Shown here: positions 26,851 through 39,000 of the stretch, piece by piece
How positions within the stretch are numbered: the stretch's first letter is position 1
Layout of the letters: every line of letters starts with the position of its first letter
Assembly (NCBI GenBank): GCA_051362555.1
Contig: CM120640.1
Location: 46,292,788 to 46,356,787, forward strand
DNA: 64,000 bases
DNA from: Lingula anatina
Lineage: Eukaryota > Animalia > Brachiopoda
Reading direction: 5' to 3'
Program-made: the position numbers and the translations under genes
Notes under the pieces: generated by a model
What the model was told of the DNA's origin: nothing
Seen by the model: only the letters and a program-made list of their open reading frames with translations
Databases searched by the model: none

Positions 26851-28958
26851 TTGAAAGTAAATAGCTAATCAGATCATAAGAAAGGACTGAAACAGGTTTA
26901 GTAAAACCATCCGTCGGAAAAACAGTTTATTTTTCGGACAAAAAATATCAAAGACAAACTTGAGGTGGTTTGTAACACTTTTCTTAGAACATAAGTCAAT
27001 ATCGAGACAAAGCACGCAATGCCACACCCTATGTAGTGTACAGCGAGGGCAAGAATGAATACAGTTAAACCTTAGTATACCCAGGAAGGAAATCTTACTA
27101 ATGAGGGGAATAACAACACTACAAAAGAGTATATGGTCAGAGTGATTGACATTCATTTTATGAATTCGTTTCATCCGAAGAATTTTATGGTTTTCTACAA
27201 ATGTGAATGGGGTCGAAACACAAGTTGTAATGTCCAGATTCTGTCATGCATTGTCACCACACTAGCGCTTCCATTTTTGAACCGTGATCACCCCAGCTTC
27301 TCTCTCTCTCTCCTATTTATTTAATTAATGGAGGAGTGAAATGAGCATGTAGAAGGTTTTATTCCCACACTGTTATCTAATTTCAGCGAGATATATCTTC
27401 ATTTTGGACCGATTAAATAGATAGTGTAATTTAACTTTAACATATAGAGTTCAAATGTGGTCAAGTGATGTGTAGATATTGTTTTTCTAATAGAAAAGCT
27501 TGGATGGTAATATATTCCTAATGGAGAACGTAATTAAAGGAAAATTACTGGGATGCAAGGAAATCGAAAAACGATAGGGTTCAGTTGTGGTCAATTGATG
27601 CCCAAATGTTGTTTAATTGGCAAGATGGGTATTTTAAGAGGCTTCCAATGGAAGACGCAACAATGGGAAGTGGATTTATGCGAGTTTTATAATACCCGTG
27701 TCAATCGCATTAAATGTATGAGATGCACTTTTTAGAGGCAACCGTGTTTACGTGCAGATCACTCTTCGCAAAACGCACGGTCTACCACGTGAATTATGAA
27801 CTGCCACGTGGAGAAGGTACACCCATCCACATAACTGTACGTGATAACGTTTCGTCCAGAGGGCTTCCTCTTGCAAATACCAAGGCTTTTAATCAAAGAA
27901 GGGGGCGTTTTGTTTTGGATTGATGACATCTATAAAGACAATTCGGCGTGTAATTTCCGGATGTCAGAGTTTCTTCAGGAAACAAGGATGGCTGTGTTGA
28001 ATGTCACAATCTAAGATGCCACATGTCTTTACGACATCGAGATCCGAGGCATATTAAAATGGTGAAATAAATTTCTATATGAAATAGATAATCTGTGCTA
28101 TGTTGTTACATTATATATATGCTATGTAAGCAATATAAAAACAATATACAAACAATAAGAAAACCAGACAGACAGAACAAAATTTAAATTCCACCTAGAA
28201 TATTGTCATTAGCCTTTAATGTAATCAAGATAAGATGTACCCTCTCAACCACTGATAAGGTTTCAAAAACGTATAATAGGACAATATGCAACTTAGGCAA
28301 GAGGATAGACCTGAGAATGCGTGTGCCGTAGACCAGGGAAATCGTTTGGAAGACAGTCGTTTCTGTCGCTACCGTGACACTGGGGTCGTTTTGATTTCAC
28401 ATTTATATATAATCAGCTAGGAAGCAGCTTGTTTCAAACGGATTCAAATCTAAACTGGTAGAGACAAGTCATGGAACGGAAAGTGCTAATCATGCAGCAC
28501 GCAGTTCGGAAAGAGTTGCCATATGTTTTTTTTTTTTATTTATTATTGCTAACGGCAGGCAGAATTTTCTCTTCAACACAGAGAGAAATGCGTCTTATAA
28601 CCCGTAGTCCTCCCTATCACAAAAAAAAAAAAAAAAAAAAAAAAAAACTCCTCCACAATGCTATCATTAATCATTTCAAGATAACCTGATGTCAAAATGG
28701 TTTCGTTGTGATTTAACAAGCGACATACTTTTGTAGAGTTGCCGTAGAACTTACAAAGAGCAATCGTTAAAACATTTGACAAACATTTAAATGCCTGTTT
28801 CTCAAGTCAATTGTATCTTAAGTTAATTTGGCTGGTTTTCTAACCACATATATTGGAGAATTGCGAAATTCTCAGGTCTACAATGTAACAGGTTTGTCAA
28901 GGACTGACTCACTATGAGGCTTCTTCTGATATTATAATCCCAGTGTTAATAGTGTCTA

Positions 28959-29175
28959 GGACCCCATTCCCACAGATTTTAGATCGATCTATCCCTGTGG
29001 GGAGTCTCACTAGAGTACTGTAAGCTTAGCCGGCTTAAATGTCTGTCCCGCCTACTAAAAGCTGTAAAGGGGTAATTAACTACCATGCGCGCTCGACTGA
29101 CAGCAATTTAGCGTGAACCCCCAGGGAGTTAGGTCGATCTAGATGGATCGATCTATATCTATGGGAATGCACTCC
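28959..29175 (+). mobile_element. ~220-bp MITE family, copy 1 (PIF/Harbinger-like termini)
   Basis: Terminal GGACCCCATTCCCAcAGAT..TAGATCGATC / GATCGATCTA.ATCTATGGGAATG.ACTCC; related copies at 31405-31650 and, inverted, 32382-32610. Confidence 0.75.
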
Positions 29176-29214
29176 TAGAGCACTGGGCAACTGAAGTGAT
29201 TTATCAACCATCAA

Positions 29215-29596
<382 letters not shown>

Positions 29597-31404
29597 CACA
29601 GCGAGTTTTCTGTATGAATCTGAGGCATCTGTTTACGCCTTCTTATCGTACAGCTTAATGATGTATGAAACACGGCATTTCTTAAGAGGCACGATTATAT
29701 TACTAGCATGGTGTACATTCGGCCAAAACCCGTCTGTTCTTTTTCAAAGAAAACGTCATTAGTGAAACATGGCAACTTACGCGTGAGGGAAAGTAAAATC
29801 TGGAACAGAACAAAAGTTGCAGCATGCAACTGATTAATTAGATAGTATTATTCATTGTGTGTATATCTTATTTCACTCAGATTATGCTGTACGATTTTGC
29901 AGTTGACAAAATGTGTTTTGGGTAAAGTGTCATGTTCGGTTTCGTTTTCTTTTTTCAGTCACGAACCAGAGCAGCTATCGATATAGTGCTTTTCAGAAGC
30001 ATCATGTGCCAGCAGACATAAAAATTGAAAAACGGTTCATACTTTTTCCGGCATTAGGAAGATTTCCTTTTTAAAAATCATGAAATTGCGATTGTCTCAG
30101 TTGTTTTAACTATGCAACCCTTACTTTAGAACAAAACGTCTAATCAAAAGTCTCAAAAGTTTTTCGTTGTTTTTCTCATTAAGTTTCCTTAACTTTCCTT
30201 AATTTTGACTGGATAACCTGTAATCCGTTAAACCAGTTGTGGAACCTCTCTAAAAATGGACTAATTAGCAGACGAAAGGCTTGCGACAAGATCCAGGTAA
30301 CAAAATTCAGCTTGTCAGCTTCGGCAATTAAGCGTATAAAATATAGCAGTGTACGTATCTGCTTAGCACTCGGTTTGCTCAACTGATGATTTACATGCAA
30401 ACGAACATTATGTTTACTGTACATTATGTTTACTCCCTACAATATTCCATCTGAAAGGAGGAAAAAATAAAGCGGGAGAGGAGTGGTTATGTGTTAGTAC
30501 ACGTGCAACATGAAGACAGGTTTTGCACACATAGCAAATGAAACTACAGCATTTTTGAGAAGAGGCTTCAAAATACGCCTTCACATTTTAAGAACTTTTT
30601 CTGTGCACTATAGGTCCCATAGATTTTTAAAACTTATGGCCAAGGATTTCGATGTAAATCCTTTAAAAATCTTCCTGGACATTTTTTTTAAAATAAAACC
30701 TAAAGAAAACAAGCGCTCTAATAAAAAGAAGCAACCTTTCGATATGTATCGCCGCAAAATTTTACAATAAAGGATAATTTAATTTTCCTGAAATTGTTTC
30801 AAGTGCAATTTTAATCGTTGAAGAGTTGTGACGTATATGTAGGTTTTCAGGAAATGTGCCACTACCAGTAAGTACTTACACCTCCAAACTGTACATTGGC
30901 AATAAATACACAACAAACTTCTTTTCCTTAAATTCAAAACACTTTTACGGGTGTGGCAAATCATACTTAGGGCTTTTGATTTGATATATGGACACGACAT
31001 AATCAACAAAGTTAAACCTAAAGCTCAAGTAATTTAAGATCGTAGCTGCACTGAATAACATACCAGTAGCAAAAAAGGTGGGTGGGTTTTCCTGGAGATT
31101 CGACACGTGTATAATAATGAAGCAAATTTAGATCTTTGCAAACAGTACAATGTGGTGAATACACCTCGAAAGGGTAATAACTTATAATATATACTGATAG
31201 TGATTTCTTCTTTATCTAAAAGGGAAGGCTCAGTATTTTCCGTGCTGCAGATTACATCGGTATTCATATATTTAACGTTATGATTGGCAAGTGTAACTAG
31301 GATAATGGTTTTTAGCCCATCATTATTAAACAAAAGGATAAGATTCTACGTAGATTGTTTCAGCCGAAAAGTCCAAATATGCTTGTACCAGGGGTATTTC
31401 TAAG

Positions 31405-31650
31405 GGACCATTATCACAGATATTTGGAACGATCTATCTCCCTGGGGAGTCTCACCAAATTGCTATCAACTCAACCGGCTTAAATGTCTGTCACGCCTAG
31501 TAAAGCTGTTAACGGGTAATTATCTTTACCCCCTAGCTGATTCGGTAAGCGTGACAGACATTTAAGCAGGTTAGTTGACAGCAATTTAGTGAGATTCCCC
31601 AGGGAGTTAAACCTATCCAGATGGATCGATCTAGGCACGAGAACCCAGTC
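31405..31650 (+). mobile_element. MITE family, copy 2 (diverged, more fold-back)
   Basis: Shares GATCTATC..CTGGGGAGTCTCAC, CCGGCTTAAATGTCTGTC.CGCCTA and GACAGCAATTTAG...CCCAGGGAGTTA with copy 1. Confidence 0.7.
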
Positions 31651-32381
31651 TACACGATTTATCAAGCGGATGCTTATTTGTACTTACAACTGGTCATATC
31701 AAATTACTGGCGTTTAACTACCAATTACCATTTCTGAAGTTTCTCATGCATACCATAAAAACGTTTTTGGTTATCGAAATATCGAAAATACTTTTTTTTT
31801 GCACGAAAGTAGCTATGTCTCAGTTCGTTATCGTCTTACAGGCTGCACGTGTACTAACACAAAACCACACCGCCTTTCCCAAAATTTAGATTGATAACAA
31901 GCAACAGCGACCGCGTGGCCAAACACGGGTAAAAGAATATATAGTCTCACAACAAATACGAAGAACAATCCACTTGTGTACTTTTTCTCAAAAGTCAAAA
32001 AATATTTTATCATTGTGACAAAATCCTTCACTCAGTTGTCACCTGACGTACAAGCAGGTGCAGCACGCCACAAACAGCATGGCTCAGATCCGACAACAGG
32101 CAAGTAAACCTACACAACCTCATGCGTATGTATCAACTTGCCATCTGTCAGCACGCAACCGTGTGGAAGATCTGATTACTGCTCTTCTGAAACATGCAAT
32201 ATATTTTGAATATGTTGATTACCCTTATGCAGACTAATAAAATGTAAATACTTACAGCAACGTGACAATTAATTAACAAGACTCAAGGTCATTAAAAAAT
32301 CTTCTATGGCATAGTATGAAGTGTTATATTTCTTTCATTTTCAATTTCCCTGACTTCATTTTTGCAGTTAATGGAAGCTTA

Positions 32382-32610
32382 GGGTGTATGCCCAGAGATT
32401 TAGATCGATCAAGGGATTAAGATTTAGATCGACCTAACTCCCTGGGGGTTCAAACTAAATTGCAGTCAGCCGAGCGTGCACCATAGTTAATTACCCCCTT
32501 ACAGTAGCTTTCAGTAGGTGGGACAGACGCTTAAGACGGCTAAGGTGACAGTAATCTAGTGAGACTCCCCACAGGGATAGATCGATCTAAAATCTATGGA
32601 AATGGGGTCT
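32382..32610 (-). mobile_element. MITE family, copy 3 (inverted), downstream of RMI2
   Basis: Reverse complement of 28959-29175 over nearly its whole length. Confidence 0.75.
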
Positions 32611-33590
32611 TACATTTTGTTCTTTATAAGAACAATTAGCGTAATCTTCTGTAAAACTGTTTTTCCATTTATTCTTACAGTTATAAAGTGTAGTTATAAT
32701 AAACGTGAAGGTCATTTCACTTTGAGTTCAGTGTTTCTCTCAATACTTGCATCTTAATCAAGATATCATAAAAATGAACTTAAGTAATATCACCCTTTAA
32801 TTATATACACTATATATCACTGATATATGGGAATTTAGTAATGAAAATAAATATAGTCTTACAAACTTTACAATAAATTTATTTCCATCATTTTTGCTTG
32901 TCAAGTTTCGGTGAATGAAATTACACCTACAAAGTCTACTAACAACTGAATTTCAGAGAACTTCACCACTTATTACTGGTGTCAGATACTGGTGTTGAAA
33001 AAAAAGGAAATGACGCCAATGTTTTTTTCTTGGTTTGCGTTGATCCAAAGCCTTACTGTAGTGTATGATTTATTTTTAAGTTCTAGGAAATCACCTGAGC
33101 ATTAACCTCTACCTTCCCCACATTACAACCAAGGATAAAAAGACCTGACAAAACAGTTATGGATAGCTTTGTGTCTCATAACCACCAAGATACATTCTTT
33201 TTAACATATTGTCATCTCAAGTTTTACTGATATAGCAACCATGTGAAGGAAAACATTTGTCAGAAAAAAAATTACCATTTGGTTCAGTATTTCAATACAC
33301 AGAAAATCTGTCTCAAGTTGCACACAGCATGCAAGACACTGCCGTGAGTCTTTATCATAGTGACTGAGGCACATTATTCGAGTCTTAGAGCACTGCCACT
33401 GGCCTTATATTGCCAACAAAGAGAGTACTTTTGTAAATCTATTTCATATTTTATTTCCTCAGTGATTCTATACTGGTGCAGTCCTTTGGCTGCATGAAGT
33501 CTCAGGATAAACTATGCATACATATTACAAGGACCAAAGGCCATTTAGATGCTGAAGATAATGCCTGCATTGTATGTATCCTCTCTCCTA

Positions 33591-35336
33591 TCAGCTGTCC
33601 CCATGCAACTGTAAATCCAAGACCTCCAGTGGCCAGGAAGCCTGCTGTATTGCTTGTGAGGGGGACAGATCCTGTACCTTCACCGCCCTCACCCTTGGAG
33701 TATCACCTGCAGACAACAGACTGCCAACCACCATCATGTATTTTCCTACAATGGGCCACAATAATACTGTGATACATGGACAAAGCAGTTCTTAAGTCAA
33801 TACAATTCTATAAGATTTTCATTGCCCAATTGCTGTTTAAGCAAAAATAAATCAATTGAAAGGAAAATTTATTATTATTATTATTTTAATTTTTTCATTA
33901 TTTTAATTTTTTTGAATCTGAGTGTATTGATGATTAATGCTTACCGGTACATAATTGTCTGCTCTCTTTCTCTCCCCCCCCCCCCCCCCCCATCCTCCTT
34001 GTCTAAGACAGGTTGGTTTCTACATTCTACATGTATAAAATCCTGGATGAACTGCACTATACATTGCTTTCTAATTTGTTAGATAAAAGGAATGGCTAAC
34101 TAAAGAAAGACAGTTTTATTGAAATTATTTTTACCGGTTTCAACCTTTGAACATCCCTTGGGAATAAGTTTGTGAAGAATAACCATTACAACTCCAGTGC
34201 CGTCATCTAGCATGCAAAACCCTTCTTCACTAACCTGAAATGTAAAGACAGTCATCAAACATAGCTAACCCCGAGAGAAACAAATAATTCATTTTAGTGC
34301 TGTAAACTAATCAGTGAGACATTTGTGAAACAATTAATTAAAAAGCTTCATGACAGGCTTCTTTCTTATTTAGCTGACCCCTTGCTGAAGCCTGTGACAC
34401 AAATAGACAGAAACCTTTTAAAAAGCCCCTTTTATTGCAAAATATCGAGGATCATGCTAGATTCCCTAAGTGGAAGGTTGAACTGATATTGGCTAAAAAT
34501 AATGTATCAGGTGGTACGTGTGCAGGCAAAATAGTGAAATACCTACATGAACAAGTACCTTACGAATAAAAAAATCTAAAAGGAAACCGAATCAATTACG
34601 AAAGAATGGCTTGAACAGTGATTACCCTACTATTTTTTAAATATCAAAATATACAAGCTGGGTGTTTGTTATGAAAACATGGAGCTACATGTACTAACAT
34701 GAAAATGCATACTTTTTGCTAGGTCTGAAAGTTAATAAATTGTGCAATGATGTGACCTGAGATTTTTTGTTGCCAATGCTACGCCATAGGAGAGGGAGCT
34801 CTCACATTGGTCATTCACTATTCTGAACTGGGGGGTTGGAAGAATCCAGTTTTCTATTTGCTTACGTATTCATTGCTAGCATATGGCTAAAATATAGTGG
34901 TCAACAGTCTTCAGTGGTCAACGGTCTTCAGTAAAAATAATGTTTTCTTATCTCATGAATGGTAAAATTGCCTTAGTCAACTGCTTTATATTTGCCAAGC
35001 TAGCTATGCAAAAAAAATCTTTGTCCCTCTTTTAGCAAAGTCCTGGGTCTGCCAAGTGATATGCACCTAATCACAGTATCCCCATCCCCTTACATGTGCA
35101 TGGGTAAATTAAAGTGCTAAATGTATATTGTAGATTTCCTGCATTAGTACCTGTTTGACAACCCCCTGTACCCAGACCATGCCAAAAGAGACATCCATCC
35201 CCTTGGTTGACATGGTCCAGTATGTGACACAGGATGCAGGTTCACTGTCCTTGGTAGCTGGGCTCACTTGTTTGCAGTACTGAAGATCTTGCACAAGGAG
35301 TTTTCTGGCAGGCAATGACAACTTTGATGTGGACAT
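33591..35336 (-). CDS. RMI2: RecQ-mediated genome instability protein 2 (OB-fold subunit of the BLM-TOP3A-RMI complex), 146 aa; exons 35336-35151, 34234-34135, 33745-33591
   Basis: Spliced peptide MSTSKLSLPARKLLVQDL...MVWVQGVVKQ/VSEEGFCMLDDGTG...VETG/KYMMVVGSLLSAGDTPRVRAVKVQDLSPSQAIQQASWPLEVLDLQLHGDS* follows RMI2 motifs (P.KVL, VW.QG.V, GKYVMV.G, AVK..DLS, W.LEV.DL); all junctions GT-AG with matching phases 0 and 1. Confidence 0.92.
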
Positions 35337-35669
35337 TGTATATCTGCTGTTTATACATGTACTGTGTACTACAGTCTATTGGGTATAATAACCTGCAACA
35401 TATCCGAATTGTCATATTATCATTTACTGAGAACTGTACAATATTATAACTTACTCAGCAAATTCCATTCACCATCGACGTACAATATTAAGATTCAAAT
35501 ATCAAAAATAAATCAGGACACTGTACAAATGTAACTTCAGATGACATCAGATGTTTGGTTGGAAAATATTAAAAAATCGAAGATTCAATAAAAGACTGGG
35601 GACATGCATACAGGGTACATGTACCCCAGTATCATGATTCATGTACTACTAGCATATCACTGCACTGGG

Positions 35670-36098
35670 GTATATGCAAGTATCGATTGTTACTGATAGC
35701 GTATGTTGTTTGATCACGTTTCTTCGTGCTTTACTTGCAGGAGCAAATATTCTGTTGTTACATTTCTATCTTCGTCTGTTTATGGTAGCAGCAACGGTAA
35801 TATCCTTTCTTCACACCGTTACAGTAGCCAACGAAATGAAGTTTTCGCGCCAAAAATGGGAGACAATGCAGCATCGATATCAATAGCGTCAGTACTACAA
35901 GACACTCCCGTGCTATGCGATTGCTATAAGCTGTTTAAACATTCCAATCTCTCTTTGATATCCGCCAGTTCAGCTATTTTATACCCTATCTTTCTTTCAT
36001 TGTTCATTTTCGAAAAAAATGTAAAGCTTTTCCTGGCATGTACATGTTCTGTTAGATAAGTAAACGTCACACGTGGCGGGAGTATTTGGGACGTGAAC
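35670..36098. promoter_or_regulatory. Putative bidirectional promoter between RMI2 and the RNF8-like gene
   Basis: ATGs 763 bp apart, head-to-head; CpG-richer than flanks; TTTTCGCGCCAAAA (35842-35855, canonical E2F site) and CACGTGGCGGGA (36070-36081, E-box overlapping an E2F-like site). Confidence 0.65.
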
Positions 36099-39000
36099 AT
36101 GGTGCGGCCGAAGAAGAAAAATATCCGTGAAGAGGCCGACAGTACGACTTCTGAATTGTATAATTTAAGAAAAACGGGAGGACGTAAAACAAAAACTCAA
36201 GAAATATTGCCTAATGGTAAGAGCTGTAAAGACATTTGACACGGATATAGTACGTGTATATGTGTATGATGTCATTGACTAGCTTGTGGCGGGGCCGTAG
36301 CGATAGTCCGAAGGTTCAATAGTCCGAAGGTTCATTGGTCCGAATGTTCACTATAGAACCTTCGGACCAATGAACCCTTGATTAAAAAATCGATGAAAAT
36401 GTTACCACTTTTCGGACCAATGAACCTTCGGACCAATGAACCTTCGGACTATCGAGACGCCCCCCTTGTGGCAGGGTCCACACTAATTTTTTAAAAATTA
36501 AGCTAGAGACTTAAATTAAGTTAGATAAATGCTATACACAGATAGCTACATATATGTGAATCCGTTAAAATTTTTGATTTAACTTATTTAGATCAAAAGT
36601 TATTCAAGTGCCAATGTACATGTAAATGTCTGTCATATTTTCAGATGTCATTTTCAGAAATGAGTCAAAAGTTGCCCCACTTGATTTTCACCCCTTAACT
36701 AATGCCATACAAACTTGAAATGTTAACCATTGTCTTGGTTTTCAGTGTCTAATATTTATAATGGGGTAAGTATTTATAACATGTAAGGCTGAAAACTGAG
36801 GCAAGTGTTGCCATCACTGTTAACGTACAACTTGAGTTGTTCACCCTATAAGTTAGGTATATCAGAAAAATTTTCAAACTGATCAGAAAATTAAAATACT
36901 TCTATCATCTGAAAGGTAATGCAAAAACCGGATGAAATCATTTGGAATTTTTTAAATATTCCTACAAGCAACAAAGATATTGAAGTTTTTTAACTGCAAA
37001 AATCCACCAAAAGTGTCCACACTTCTCAGCTCAAAACCTGTGCCCACTGACCAGCAGTGATCACTCAGGCGCAGCAGAGCACCCTGTGTGTCTTTGTGTG
37101 CTCAGCCTATTGTCTGGCTCACATAGCCTGTGACTAATCAGGGCAAAGCTATTTCCCTGTGATAATTTTCACATCATGTAATTTTGCGGATTAAATTAAC
37201 TATACTTCGCAACCTTCAAATTTTATGATTTTTCTACATAATATAGCAAATTTCATAAACTTTGCTGGATATAAATTTCAAAAAGATGATACCAGCACTT
37301 GCCTGAAATTTTTTAGCATTTTGTAGAGGCAAAACTTAAAACAAGCAGAACCGAAACTTGTCAAAGACAGAAAACATGGGAAAATCACGTGACCGGATTT
37401 TACTCTTTGATTTACAACTTATTTAGTTAATGGCTTGTATTAGTTTTTTTACGCGGCGCTAAAAGAGAGATTTAAAAAAGGGGTTCCATAGGCGAACTGT
37501 CAGCAGGCCGACTTCAGTTTTACACTTCACTGCCCGTGGATAGTTACGACTGTAGCGCCCCTAGCGGATTGTGATCTACCTATATAAGTGCCAAACCACA
37601 TTTTTATTTTAATTCAAATTTTCTGAGTGGTTTAGTTTGACAAAAATAGCTGGTGCTGTTTAAAAATCAGCACACTCAGATTTCTCCTACTTTTTTTTGT
37701 TTGTTTTTATGTCTGAAATTATAAGCACCATGAATTCTAAGGCATACTTTTTTTTTTTACTTTAAATTTACTAGGCAGATTTATTTGACAATAGAGCAGA
37801 CTTATTTTAAATAAGAGGCATGATTACTTTTTTCCCTAAAAAGTAATTGAGTTGTTTTACATACATTTCCCAATTAAACCTCATTTTAGTTTTACTTTAA
37901 TTTTACAAGAAATGAACCTGTACATGTGAAGATTGAAAACTGGTTTTAAAATATCATGCTTTCTGCAAAAGAAGCAAAGTCGGACAAATATTTTTCCTAA
38001 TGTTCACTGTTTATGCTAAATTAGCAGTGTCTATATATACAGTGTCTATATGTACTTGTCAACTTTGCTGTCTATTTCAACTATTCCTACAGTTTTAATT
38101 GTATTTGATTTAATAATCATTGCTTTTATTACATTTTAATGTTATTATAATTCCATTATAATTAACAAGTGTTGATATTAATATCTTTATGTAATTTGAC
38201 AGAAGTTATAATATTAGACTCGGGTGATGAAAGAATAGAGCCACACCCTGACAAAACTTCAAGAAAAAAGAAGAATAAAGGTAAGTTTCTGTTTCATATA
38301 TTAGTAAACTTTGTTGTCTTGTCCACCATTCCCAAAACTTAATTTTAATAAAGTATTTGATTTGATAATTATATATTTCTTGCTTTATTAGAGAGTTTCC
38401 GGTGCAGTTGGGATACGACGGCTAGATTGTTACGTATGTGCAAATGTATCTAGTAACGCGCTACTCTTTTCTCGTTCCGGTAAAGTCCCGGAATGCTGGC
38501 GCTTCCCGCCCCGCTCATTCCAATATAATTAACAATATAAGACCCCTTAGCCATCTATTTCCAAGGTGAAGATTCTGTTTTTATGAAAAAGGAGACCAAT
38601 ATTACCCAAAAGAGCAATTTTTCCCGACAAATATGGCGGTTAGTAAGATCAACCCCCGACTACGTGCCTGATAAACCAAAATTAGCGCCTCCTCTCTCTT
38701 AAAAAGTCGAAATTTGCATGAACATACACTTGAACTATGGTAAAAAAAGTATATAAGGCATATAAATTAGCAAACATAACCTTTAATAACTAGTTTCAAT
38801 AATCTTCCTCACTGGCTAGATAGGAGCGCTTGTATTCCGCAGACTAGATTGGACGACGGTATATGAATGCGGTGAACGTCACAAGTGCGCACAAACCGAT
38901 GACGTATTAATCTAGCCGGCGTATCTCACCGGCAACGGAAACTCTCTATTACCTCCGCCAAGAAGGTTATGTTTTCACCCCTGTTTGTCTGTCTGTCTGT

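Noticed and set aside
36291-36464. CRISPR-like short repeats
   Set aside because: No unique spacers, inverted arrangement with TSD, eukaryotic context: a MITE.
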